Part shown: positions 16,749-25,331 of the stretch, piece by piece
Layout of the letters: the number at the start of each line of letters is the position of its first letter
Position numbering within the stretch: the stretch's first letter is position 1
Assembly: GCA_041661505.1 (NCBI GenBank)
Contig: JBAZUF010000001.1
Coordinates: 369,576-433,575, forward strand
From: Patescibacteria group bacterium
GTDB lineage: Bacteria; Patescibacteriota; Patescibacteriia; Patescibacteriales; JBAZCA01
DNA length: 64,000 bases
Direction of reading: 5' to 3'
The notes under the pieces: model-generated
Databases searched by the model: none
What the model was told of the DNA's origin: nothing
What the model saw: only the letters and a program-made list of their open reading frames with translations
Position numbers and translations under genes: made by a program

Positions 16749-17216
16749 TTATTTATTTCTTGTCAAAGTTCTAATCTTCCGGTCCAGCTCTCTTTTCTTA
16801 ATTACTTCGCGCTTGTCATGCTTTTTTCTTCCCTTGGCCAGCGCGAATTCAAGCTTTATTAGACCACGTACAGTATATATTTTCAAGGGCACTAATGTCA
16901 AGCCTTGTTCTTGCTTTTTGCCCATTAAATGCTTAATTTCGCTCTTCTTTATCAAAAGCTTTCGCGAGCGCAAAGGGTCGTGCGGCAACTTCTGGTTAGA
17001 GAATTTATATAAAGGAATATGGGCGTTTATCAGGTAGGCTTCAGGCAGTTTTCCCGGTTTGGATGACAGCTTGAAAGTAACATACGAGCCTTTCAGGCTG
17101 ACGTGCCCGGTCTTAATCGATTTTACTTCATGGCCATACAAAACCAGACCGGCTTCAATTTTTTCCAGTAATTCATAATCAAAAAACGCTTTTTTGTTCT
17201 CGGCTAAAGCTTTCAT
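16749..17216 (-). CDS. smpB: SsrA-binding protein SmpB
   Basis: KKAFFDYELLEKIEAGLVLYGHEVKSIK...; 155 aa; adjacent to the tmRNA. Confidence 0.9.
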   Translation of the reverse strand: MKALAENKKAFFDYELLEKIEAGLVLYGHEVKSIKTGHVSLKGSYVTFKLSSKPGKLPEAYLINAHIPLYKFSNQKLPHDPLRSRKLLIKKSEIKHLMGKKQEQGLTLVPLKIYTVRGLIKLEFALAKGRKKHDKREVIKKRELDRKIRTLTRNK

Positions 17217-17845
17217 GTTTTTCTATTCTGATCCAAATTTCTTAAAGCCTCCTTTAAAGCCGAGTAAATGAGCTTTTCTAACTTTTTATTGTTTCCCTGG
17301 TCAGCCGCCCCGAGAGCTTCAACATATTTTTTTCTTCCGCTCCTTGTCTCAACCTCTAATTCAGCAGGCGGCAAGTCAAGGTTCAATAAAATCATATTAA
17401 TTAGAAGCCGGCCGATTCTTCCGTTGTAATCGTTAAAAGGATGAATCCATAAAAATTGATGATGCGCCCAAGCCAATAAGCCAACCAGTTCTTCAAAAAA
17501 ACTTTCATCATCAATTAAAGGAATATGCTTCATCCGGATATTTAAATCATTAGTAAAATTCAGCATCAGTTGCGGTAAGAGATAAAATTTCGGGGGTTCA
17601 TAATTTGAAACTCTAACATCTAAAGACCTGTACCGGCCAGCGGTTTTTGGAAAGATCCATCCAAAACCAGCCTTGTGTGTTTTTAAAATAAAGCCGGGAG
17701 TAATAGGAATTTTTCCGCGCTTCCGGCTGGCTAATACAAAATCCCACGCTCTTTTAATCCCTTCTATTTCTAATGGAATTAGTTTTGAGCGTGGGATAAT
17801 TCCGAATGAAGTATCTTTGTAGCTGGTTTCGCCTTGCCTTCGCAT
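17213..17845 (-). CDS. Fic/Fido-domain protein with a deviant active-site motif
   Basis: HPFNDYNGRIGR compared with the canonical HxFx(D/E)GNGRxxR shows Tyr replacing the first Gly. It overlaps the smpB start by 4 nt (ATGA). Confidence 0.8.
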   Translation of the reverse strand: MRRQGETSYKDTSFGIIPRSKLIPLEIEGIKRAWDFVLASRKRGKIPITPGFILKTHKAGFGWIFPKTAGRYRSLDVRVSNYEPPKFYLLPQLMLNFTNDLNIRMKHIPLIDDESFFEELVGLLAWAHHQFLWIHPFNDYNGRIGRLLINMILLNLDLPPAELEVETRSGRKKYVEALGAADQGNNKKLEKLIYSALKEALRNLDQNRKT

Positions 17846-17849
17846 TCTT

Positions 17850-18032
17850 TTAGGCTGAAAATTTATTTAATATTTTTTTTACCATACTAAAGGTAACCTC
17901 GGGATTTTCGGTTTTGGTGGTGCGATAGATCATTTTTTTCTCAAAATCACGAAAATAATCCCGGCGGAGCTTGCTTTTTTCCGGGGCTTTTTGGAATTTT
18001 TTTAGAATTGTCAGCATCTTTTTTCTTGACAT
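17850..18032 (-). CDS. Small protein with a Fic-inhibitory-helix-like motif (VbhA-type antitoxin candidate)
   Basis: 60 aa, ending 4 nt before the Fic start. It contains TTKTEN, which fits [ST]xxxE[GN]. Confidence 0.55.
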   Translation of the reverse strand: MSRKKMLTILKKFQKAPEKSKLRRDYFRDFEKKMIYRTTKTENPEVTFSMVKKILNKFSA

Positions 18033-18041
18033 ACTGGAATA

Positions 18042-18069
18042 AATATAGCATTTTAGCTGGTTTTGTCAA
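18042..18069 (-). promoter_or_regulatory. Sigma70-like promoter TTGACA-16-TATATT, near-leaderless for the antitoxin-Fic-smpB unit
   Basis: The minus strand reads tttgacaaaaccagctaaaatgctatatttattccagtATG. The -10 ends 9 nt before the ATG. Confidence 0.5.
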
Positions 18070-18106
18070 ACTCAAGCTTTTAGATCAAGAAGGTTGTGCT
18101 GGCATG

Positions 18107-18838
18107 TTATTTTGGCAGATGATCCCAAAGCATTTCAAAAAACGATTTCATGGCTTTATAGATCTCCGGCGCTTCAATAATTATCGCCGTTTGCTCCAAG
18201 GCCGAAACGAAGAATACTCTTTTTCCGCCATAAATATTGATCTCGATCGGAAACGGGTATTTCTTATAATCAATTGATTTCGAAACTCTCAAGTGCTCCT
18301 TATCCTTGTCCATTATTTCTTTTTTTAAAAAATCAGTCGTAGCGGCGATTCCTTTTACCCGAATTCCCTTTTTAACTCTTTTCTTAACGTAGGATAGAAT
18401 CCAATCAAGACCAACTACTTTAATAACATCTTCCCCGCTAATAGCTAAAATCTCTCCCTTATAATTAAGCGTATCCGAATAAACTTCTTTTAAACCCTCG
18501 ACTCCGTTGTAAAACCAAATCTTAGGCTTGGTTCGATCAACATTATTGATTAAGTTTAACTGCGGAAGAATTTGGGATAATAAGGCCTCTCTTTTCTTAA
18601 TAACTATTTTTAGCTCATCCGGTTCAGTGGCAACATATCTTTTCTTCTTGCCCTTCACAGTCTGTTTAATAAAACCGGAATTGACCATATCATCAATAAA
18701 ATCATAGATAGTTGTCCGCTTTACCCCGGATTTTTTAGCTATCTCTTTTATCGAAGTTTCGCCCAGCTCCAAGCAAGCTACATATATCTGGGCTTGTTTT
18801 TCATTTAGTCCAATTTGTTTCAGGGTAGAAACCAGCAT
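18107..18838 (-). CDS. TrmB-family transcriptional regulator, paralog 1
   Basis: N-terminal wHTH LGLNEKQAQIYVACLELGETSIKEIAKKSGVKRTTIYDFIDDM. It is full-length homologous to the ORFs at 30370-31101 and 35093-35827. Confidence 0.8.
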   Translation of the reverse strand: MLVSTLKQIGLNEKQAQIYVACLELGETSIKEIAKKSGVKRTTIYDFIDDMVNSGFIKQTVKGKKKRYVATEPDELKIVIKKREALLSQILPQLNLINNVDRTKPKIWFYNGVEGLKEVYSDTLNYKGEILAISGEDVIKVVGLDWILSYVKKRVKKGIRVKGIAATTDFLKKEIMDKDKEHLRVSKSIDYKKYPFPIEINIYGGKRVFFVSALEQTAIIIEAPEIYKAMKSFFEMLWDHLPK

Positions 18839-18896
18839 ATTTATTAATATTTCATAAAATGTCGATATTTTCGACTACATTTTAAGTATATCATAA

Positions 18897-18912
18897 TTGA
18901 CAATAATGTCAA
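18897..18912. promoter_or_regulatory. Perfect palindrome TTGACA-ATAA-TGTCAA in a divergent promoter region (candidate TrmB operator plus back-to-back -35 boxes)
   Basis: Read directly. On the minus side, TTGACA-16-TATACT precedes the regulator gene. Related half-sites occur at 18861-18875 (GTCGA-N5-TCGAC), 19007-19023 and 19051-19073. Confidence 0.5.
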
Positions 18913-19130
18913 GAGCAATTAATCACAATAACCATTAAATTCCTTAAAAAATCTAGATTATAGCTATTTTATTATCGCTAATATTAGCTTCCTTGTTATC
19001 TTATTTTGTCGAAATTATTGACATAATACTATTCATGTGTTACACTAATATGTCAAGCTATAAAAAGTTTGACTGCCCTTTAAAAACCCAAACCTTAATA
19101 AAAAACCTCAAACCATAAAAAGGACATGCC

Positions 19131-20345
19131 ATGAGTAGCCTGCTTCTTATCAACCCGAACTTTGAAAGAAAAATCAACGGCCAGACTCCCTTGAATTTGG
19201 CATACCTGGCCGCCGCGATTGAAGCTTTTGTTCCGGTCAGAATCTTTGACCTGAACGTGCGGTCTTTTGTGGAGCTGGAGAAAATATTGAGTGAGTTTTG
19301 CCCGACCCATGTCGGCATCACGAGCTATACGCCTAATAACATCAGCGCCAAAGCCACCCTGAAGCAAATCCATGACCAGTACCCGCAAGTCATTACAATC
19401 AGCGGCGGCCCGCACGAATCTTACCGCGGACACATCACCAGAAAAATGTATCCCTGGATTGATCATGTGGTGACCGACCGGAAAGGCGAAAACGCTTTGG
19501 TTGAAATCATGACCGGAAAAAACATGCGGGTCGACTGGCGGACGATTTTTCCGGCCTATCATCTCTTGGACATGAATGAACCGAGCTACCGTTTTGACCA
19601 GCATCTTTTTGAGGGCAAGAGCATGGTTCAATACATGTCTTCCAGGGGATGTAATATGAGGTGTCTTTTCTGCGGTACCGAAGATTACATTCCGCTGAAA
19701 GTTCCGGTGGTGGTTGAGCATCTGAAAAAAATTGCTGATCTTGGATACGAGGCATTTTTCTTTAACGACGTTAATTTCATCTCGAGCGCCCGGCGCACCG
19801 CCGAACTTTCCCGGCAGATAGTCGCGAACGGCCTTAACTTTCTGGAATGGGGCTGCCAAACCGCCCTGGTCAAAGAAGTAACTGACGAAGTCTTGGAGTT
19901 GATGGTAGTCGCCGGTTGCTCCTATATCACCTTTTCACTGGAAAATCTTTCGCCTGATGCACTCCGGAAGATTGGCAAGCGCATTGATCCCGAATACGTG
20001 ACTGCCAAAGCTCTGTTTGCTAAAGAAATTGGGATGAAAATCGGCGTCTACGTCATGTTCGGAGTCCATAACAACGAGGAGGAAGACTGGTATTGGGCTA
20101 AAAAGACGCTTGACCGGATTGGAGAAATAAAGCCGGACTACGTGTCTTACAGTATTCTGGCCGACTATCCCAGCTCAAACCCTAACCTTCCTTACGAAAC
20201 CGAGGAATTCGGAACCGAGCCGGTCTGGCAGTTCTTTGATGAAGGCCGCGCCTATCACCCTTATACTACCGTCGGCTATGCTGAAAAACTCAAGACGGAA
20301 ATCGAAAAACGGCATCGGTTTTGGCCTGGAATCCGAAAATTTTAA
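19131..20345 (+). CDS. B12-binding-domain radical SAM enzyme (class B)
   Basis: The N-terminal Rossmann-like region LLLINPN...LAYLAAAIE...HVGITSYTP...ISGGPHES is followed by SSRGCNMRCLFCGTE (CxxxCxxC). Confidence 0.8.
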   Translation: MSSLLLINPNFERKINGQTPLNLAYLAAAIEAFVPVRIFDLNVRSFVELEKILSEFCPTHVGITSYTPNNISAKATLKQIHDQYPQVITISGGPHESYRGHITRKMYPWIDHVVTDRKGENALVEIMTGKNMRVDWRTIFPAYHLLDMNEPSYRFDQHLFEGKSMVQYMSSRGCNMRCLFCGTEDYIPLKVPVVVEHLKKIADLGYEAFFFNDVNFISSARRTAELSRQIVANGLNFLEWGCQTALVKEVTDEVLELMVVAGCSYITFSLENLSPDALRKIGKRIDPEYVTAKALFAKEIGMKIGVYVMFGVHNNEEEDWYWAKKTLDRIGEIKPDYVSYSILADYPSSNPNLPYETEEFGTEPVWQFFDEGRAYHPYTTVGYAEKLKTEIEKRHRFWPGIRKF

Positions 20346-20396
20346 CCGTTCCTTTTAAACCGTGGCTGGCCTTAGGTCAGCCAAAAATTCAAATAA

Positions 20397-20427
20397 AGAG
20401 CCAGTCCGGACAATTGGCTCTTTTTTC
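20397..20427 (+). terminator. Rho-independent terminator (possibly bidirectional)
   Basis: agagcca-N11-tggctct followed by ttttt. Confidence 0.75.
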
Positions 20428-20466
20428 TTTGATAAAAAGATGCCTTTAACATGAAAGCTTATAGCT

Positions 20467-21978
20467 TTAAGCAAACCCCGGAAAATAATCGGTTTTGATT
20501 TGTTTTCGCCTGACACCCATTTTTTTCAAAAGCTCTTCAAAGGTGAGTACCATGCCCCGCGGGCCGGAAAGATAAAAAATCCTCTCTCGGTAATCAGGCG
20601 CTTCCTTAATAATCATCGATTCATTAATCCTTCCGGTATAACACCAATTTGGCAAAACCGAGTCCTTATCCGTGACCAGGTAAACCGTTTTTAAGCCGAT
20701 TTTCTCTTCAGCCTGGTCAAAGACGTCCTTATAAACTATATCCCGGGCGAATTTATTGGAATAAAAAAGGACAATCGGCCGGGGCTCGTTCGTATCCAAG
20801 AGATATTTGATCATGCTCCGAAAAGGAGTGATGCCGATGCCGCCGCCGATAAATACCAATTTTTGCTTCCTGTCGGCCGGCATCGTAAAGTCGCCCGCGA
20901 GCTGGGAAGCGACAATAGTCTTGCCCTCGCCCATAGACGCGAATGACCTCTTGAAACTGCTCGGCTCGGGATAAAATTTTACGCCGAGCTTGATTTCCTT
21001 TTCGGTAGGTGAAGAGGCCAGGGTAAAAAAACGCCGAATGCCCCGGCTGTCCTCTCCCTTATGCCCAAGCGTCCATTCCATATATTGGCCGGGCGTAAAA
21101 ACCGCCTTTGAATCAGGCTTAAAAGAAAATTCAAAAATGTCCGGCGACAGTTCTCTTTTTTTCAGTAAGGCCAGAATGAATTTTTTCTTCGGGCCGACTG
21201 AATAGGAAAAAAGGTTGCCTAATAGGAGCGCCAGTTCCGGGGTGGAATAGATTGGGCCGATATGGATGGACGGTGCGAATAAAAGGCCGGTCAGGGCGCC
21301 GTAAACAATTCTCATTCTTTTTCGCGGCGGCGTAGTCATTGGTTCAGTGAGCATGATAAAGGAAAAAAACATTAAAGGCGAAGAAATAACCGCGCGATAA
21401 AGCGAAGTCGGAATGTTTTTCGCGGGGCCAGTCAGGGAAATAGAAACCAAGGCGGCAATAAAAAAAGTAAAAACCAAGTCAAACCTTTTTATTTTCCTAA
21501 CTACTAACAGCCCGGCAATGAGCACAAAGGGCGCCATATATAAGTTGCCGATCCACCAATTAGCCGGCTGGCTAATCGCCGCCGCGGTCAGGGCGACCGC
21601 GATCGCGGCCGGATTAAAAATATGCTTTTTATAGGGCGCGATTATGTATTTTGAGGCCATGGCAAGAATCCCGGCCCAGGCGAGAAAGGCCAGGTTTCCG
21701 AGCGGATTGACTGGAGAAATTATCAGGGCGAGAATAGCGGCGGTGATATATACCGAATCAATATTGGTCGGCGCCTCAAAAACAAAAGCGAAAACCAAAT
21801 CGGAAAAAACGCAAACCGCGAGTATAAAAGCGGCGGAAATAATTAAATCAGCCGGAGCAAAATACAAAACATTAAAAATGCTCAAGACCAAGGCGGCGAG
21901 CCAGATAAATATCAGGCTGTAAAGCGTCACCCGGTACATGGTTATATTGTTCAGGAAATTATCAATTCTTTTTAACAT
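20467..21978 (-). CDS. Fusion of an RnfD/NqrB-like polytopic membrane domain with an FNR-like FAD/NAD(P)H reductase domain
   Basis: The N-terminal part has about 8 TM helices with KHIFNPAA and FIMLTEPMTTPP (RnfD/NqrB-type motifs). The C-terminal part has RRFFTLASSP (RxFS FAD site) and FIGGGIGITP (GGxGxxP). Confidence 0.7.
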   Translation of the reverse strand: MLKRIDNFLNNITMYRVTLYSLIFIWLAALVLSIFNVLYFAPADLIISAAFILAVCVFSDLVFAFVFEAPTNIDSVYITAAILALIISPVNPLGNLAFLAWAGILAMASKYIIAPYKKHIFNPAAIAVALTAAAISQPANWWIGNLYMAPFVLIAGLLVVRKIKRFDLVFTFFIAALVSISLTGPAKNIPTSLYRAVISSPLMFFSFIMLTEPMTTPPRKRMRIVYGALTGLLFAPSIHIGPIYSTPELALLLGNLFSYSVGPKKKFILALLKKRELSPDIFEFSFKPDSKAVFTPGQYMEWTLGHKGEDSRGIRRFFTLASSPTEKEIKLGVKFYPEPSSFKRSFASMGEGKTIVASQLAGDFTMPADRKQKLVFIGGGIGITPFRSMIKYLLDTNEPRPIVLFYSNKFARDIVYKDVFDQAEEKIGLKTVYLVTDKDSVLPNWCYTGRINESMIIKEAPDYRERIFYLSGPRGMVLTFEELLKKMGVRRKQIKTDYFPGFA

Positions 21979-22001
21979 ACTTACTTAAGACAAACTAGTA
22001 A

Positions 22002-22763
22002 TTAAGCTTCATTTTTGTTCGGGTCAATATATTTTTGAAAATTACTGGTATACGTGGATCGTCCGTTTTTATCAATCATATAGCCTTCAAAGCCCTTGAG
22101 CTTCTCAATGAAAAAAATTCCGTCTCTGCCCATGGCGAAGCAGGCAGTAGCAAACCGGTCGGCCTCGTAAGCATTCGGTCCGATTACCGTCAGGCTCGCG
22201 ATTTCCGTAATCGGCTCTCCCCTTTTAAAAGGATTATATATGTGCTGGCCGCGGATATAGGTGCCGGAAGTGGCTATACCGGCATTTTTTAAACGGAGCA
22301 CTTTAACAATTTGCTCCTGGTTAAACGGATTTTTTATGCCTACGCTCCAGGGCTCTTCTCGGGAATTTTTGCCGTAAGCCTCAATGTCTCCGCCGGCGTT
22401 TACGTAAAAATTTTTGTACCTCAAATCCAGTAATATCCGGGCGGCGTTATGGATGGACCAGCCTTTAACAATTCCTGAAGGATTAATCCGGCCGTCATCA
22501 GCCATGATATCAAAAAAGCCATCAGTTTCAATCTTCGTAATTTCCGCCAATTTGAAAATTTCCTTCATGTCCTCGCTCCAGTCTTCTTCGGCGATTTTTC
22601 CCTGGTTGATTTTCGTTATTTCACTTTCCTCTTTAAAAGGGCTGAATTTCTCATCCACGTATCTAAAATAGGAAAAGGCTTTTTCCATCGCCCCTAAATC
22701 AGCTCCGGAGTCGGCGATTTCAATAGTAATTACGGTTCCCATCAAAGGCTTTGCCTCTTTCAT
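22002..22763 (-). CDS. apbE: ApbE-family FAD:protein FMN transferase, with no recognisable signal peptide
   Basis: PLMGTVITIEI, NAGGDIEAYG and GIATSGTYIRG. The N-terminus MKEAKPLMGT has no hydrophobic segment. Confidence 0.8.
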   Translation of the reverse strand: MKEAKPLMGTVITIEIADSGADLGAMEKAFSYFRYVDEKFSPFKEESEITKINQGKIAEEDWSEDMKEIFKLAEITKIETDGFFDIMADDGRINPSGIVKGWSIHNAARILLDLRYKNFYVNAGGDIEAYGKNSREEPWSVGIKNPFNQEQIVKVLRLKNAGIATSGTYIRGQHIYNPFKRGEPITEIASLTVIGPNAYEADRFATACFAMGRDGIFFIEKLKGFEGYMIDKNGRSTYTSNFQKYIDPNKNEA

Positions 22764-22774
22764 AAAAAGAATAA

Positions 22775-23800
22775 TTAATCGTCTTCATATTCACGCTCAT
22801 CTTCATACCCGCCTTCATCCTCCTGCGATGGCGGGGGGAGTTTTACAGTCTGGCTTTGAGCCTGGCTTATGTTTTGGCTTTGAGCTGGCGAGCCAGAGGC
22901 TTGCGTCCGGCTTTGGGTCTTAACCGCGGCTTGGCTTAAAGCCGAAGCCAGAGATTGTTTAAAACCAGTACTGGTATAGGTCGCTCCGGAAACAGTGTTA
23001 ACGTTAGAATTTTGCGCTTTTATCGCTTCCGATTTTAAAATCGGCATAGCCTGGGTGTTTATCAAGACCGAAGTCTGCCGGTCTTTGGGGTAGTCAAGAA
23101 AAGCGACATTAGTAATCTTCCCGCCCGCGATAGTCGCCCTTACCTGGACATTGCCGTAATAGACATTAAACGAAGCTCCGGTATAAGTCCCGTCTTTTAA
23201 AGAAGACGCCGGAGAAGAGGCGGTTGTTTGTTTTTTTACCGTTATTTTTGTAGAGGGCGGCACTGAAGAAGCTGGAGGGGCAGAAGGGGCGGCAGCCCGG
23301 GGCGAAGCGCTATTATTCGCGGAATCAGATTTCCCGGCCGCCTGAACCGAAGTCTGTCCCGATGCCTGGCTTAGGGCCGAAGAAAGCGAACTGATAAAAG
23401 CCTGGCTCGTATCGGTAGCGCCGGAAACTATATCGACCTGGGCGTTCTGGGCGTTAATGGCTTCGGATTTCAGGATTGGCATGGCTTGGTTATTTATCAG
23501 TATTGAAGTCTGCTGGTCTTGGGGGTGGTCAAGAAAAACCACATCCGTAATTTTTCCCCCGGAGATAACGGCTTTAACCTGGATATTGCCGTAATACGCG
23601 TCGGACGCGGCGCCAACATATTGCCCGTCTTTGTAGCCCGCCAAGCCGGACGGCTGGCCTGGCCCCGAAGAATTATTTTCTTCGGCCCGGACCAATCCTC
23701 CGCCGGTATTTTTTACCGCGGAGCGGTTAAAAGCCGAGTAAAAAACAAAGGCGGCGATTACAAAGCCTGATAAGATAAGTTTTTTCAGATGCACTTTCAT
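22775..23800 (-). CDS. Membrane-anchored protein with two FMN-binding (FMN_bind) domains
   Basis: N-terminal TM helix. Two repeated domains each carry a flavinylation-type motif (DIVSGATDTS and NTVSGATYTS). A Ser/Ala/Pro linker joins them and the tail is acidic. Confidence 0.75.
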   Translation of the reverse strand: MKVHLKKLILSGFVIAAFVFYSAFNRSAVKNTGGGLVRAEENNSSGPGQPSGLAGYKDGQYVGAASDAYYGNIQVKAVISGGKITDVVFLDHPQDQQTSILINNQAMPILKSEAINAQNAQVDIVSGATDTSQAFISSLSSALSQASGQTSVQAAGKSDSANNSASPRAAAPSAPPASSVPPSTKITVKKQTTASSPASSLKDGTYTGASFNVYYGNVQVRATIAGGKITNVAFLDYPKDRQTSVLINTQAMPILKSEAIKAQNSNVNTVSGATYTSTGFKQSLASALSQAAVKTQSRTQASGSPAQSQNISQAQSQTVKLPPPSQEDEGGYEDEREYEDD

Positions 23801-23901
23801 AAGTAGTTTTCATAATAATTTTCCCTACTATATATACGCATTTTCCTGATTAATAAATATCCTGATATTATGATAAAATCTCCTTAACTTTCCATTAAGA
23901 C

Positions 23902-23928
23902 AAAAAAACCGCCCCAGTTCGGGACGGA
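23902..23928 (-). terminator. Terminator of tig
   Basis: On the minus strand: ccgtccc-gaact-ggggcgg followed by ttttttt. Confidence 0.65.
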
Positions 23929-23989
23929 TTTTTAAGATTGTTGTTACCATGAAAAAATAACCATGTTCAGCCGCAATTCCGGAAATTAT

Positions 23990-25318
23990 CTATTTCCTAC
24001 TGGCAATATTTTCTTCACTCGCTTTTTCTTTATTAGCTAAATTCCACTCTCTTAAATTTTCAACCGCTTTTTGGTTAAGCATGGCGGAATAAAGCTGTCT
24101 TTTATAGTCATCCGACTTTACCCGCTCTTCCACCTTTTCGTAGCCCTTGTATTGCTTAATCAATTCTTCCTGGCGCTTATCTACTTCAGCCATCGGAACG
24201 TCGATTTTTTCTTTCTTTATTATTTCCCTTAAAGCCAAGCCCATCTTTACCCGCCGCATAGCCTCTGGCGCGAGGTCCAGCATAAATTCGGCTTTGGATT
24301 TTTTTAGGCTCGCGAGATAGTCTTCGAATTTTCCGCCCTGCCCCTGGATTTGGTGTTCAATCTCATGCATTAAGGCGTGGGCTTCTTCATTAACTAACGT
24401 TTCGGGGATATCGCCGTACTTAGAGCCTTTGACGATTCTTTCCATGATATCGGCATCCAGCTTTACTTCCGTTTGCTGATTCTTTTCCTGCTTTAAGCTA
24501 TCGGCGATATTTTTTTTAAGCTCCTCGGGATTTTTAGCGCCAAAAGTTTTTACTAAGTCATCATCCAGCTCCGGAATCTCCCGCTCGAATACGTCATTTA
24601 TTTTCACCCGGAATTCAACCATTTTTCCGGCTATATTTTTCTGATGGAAGTTATCTGGGTAAGGCAGGCTGAATTCCCGGGTGTCGCCTTTTTTTCCGCC
24701 GATTAATTTTTTATCCAAGCCCGGAACAATGTTTGACTTGCCGATAATGACAAAAGCGTTTTTCCCCTGGCCGCCTTCAATCGGCACTTTATCTAAAAAC
24801 ATTTCAATGTCAGCGATAACCTTATCCCCTTCTTTTATTTCCCGCTCGACCGGCGTTTCCTTAACTTTCATCTCCCTTAGCTGGTCAACGACTTTATTGA
24901 CGTCTTCATCGCTAACTTTCACCTCATCTTTTTTCAAACCAAAATTTTTATATTCTCCCAATTCCACGCTTGGTAGTAATACGACCGCCACCTTGTATTC
25001 CATGGGGTTATTGGGCGCTAGTTTGGTAATTCTGACGTCTGGCTGGCCGATCGGCTGTTCGTCCTTCAGGTGTTCGCGGAACACCTCGCCGATAGTTTTA
25101 TTAATCGCTAGATTAGCCGCTTCTTCCAGGATAGTTATCTCCCCGACTTTCTTTTTCACCATGTCGGCCGGAGCGTGCCCGGGTCTAAATCCGTCAATTT
25201 TTATGTCTTTAGCGATTTTTTCCACCGCCTTCTCGACATACGGCGCGAATTCTTCCACCGATATTTCTACGGTCAATTCCACCTGTGATTTACCTAAATT
25301 TTGTTTTTGAACATTCAT
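23990..25318 (-). CDS. tig: Trigger factor
   Basis: MNVQKQNLGKSQVELTVEI...DGFRPGHAP... I prefer ATG 25318 (the ORF track starts at TTG 25324). Confidence 0.9.
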   Translation of the reverse strand: MNVQKQNLGKSQVELTVEISVEEFAPYVEKAVEKIAKDIKIDGFRPGHAPADMVKKKVGEITILEEAANLAINKTIGEVFREHLKDEQPIGQPDVRITKLAPNNPMEYKVAVVLLPSVELGEYKNFGLKKDEVKVSDEDVNKVVDQLREMKVKETPVEREIKEGDKVIADIEMFLDKVPIEGGQGKNAFVIIGKSNIVPGLDKKLIGGKKGDTREFSLPYPDNFHQKNIAGKMVEFRVKINDVFEREIPELDDDLVKTFGAKNPEELKKNIADSLKQEKNQQTEVKLDADIMERIVKGSKYGDIPETLVNEEAHALMHEIEHQIQGQGGKFEDYLASLKKSKAEFMLDLAPEAMRRVKMGLALREIIKKEKIDVPMAEVDKRQEELIKQYKGYEKVEERVKSDDYKRQLYSAMLNQKAVENLREWNLANKEKASEENIASRK

Positions 25319-25331
25319 AATCAATATGTAT

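Noticed and set aside
15530-17037. Track ORFs 15530-15808, 16183-16389, 16347-16535 and 16717-17037.
   Set aside because: They overlap tRNA-Gly/tRNA-Leu, the tmRNA or the antisense strand of smpB. The RNA genes explain the sequence better.
23801-23989. FMN riboswitch upstream of the FMN-binding-protein operon.
   Set aside because: Only about 100 nt remain between the tig terminator and the start codon. I see none of the RFN-element conserved stretches.
24681-25310. 209-aa plus-strand ORF, and similar long ORFs at 27577-28209, 32492-33421, 38840-39394, 45130-45744, 19095-19859 and 46641-47099.
   Set aside because: Each lies antisense to, and fully inside, a gene with a strong family signature (tig, nusA, radical SAM, ABC-F, VanW, TrmH). 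Their translations are low-complexity Ser/Pro/Ala-rich shadow-frame products.
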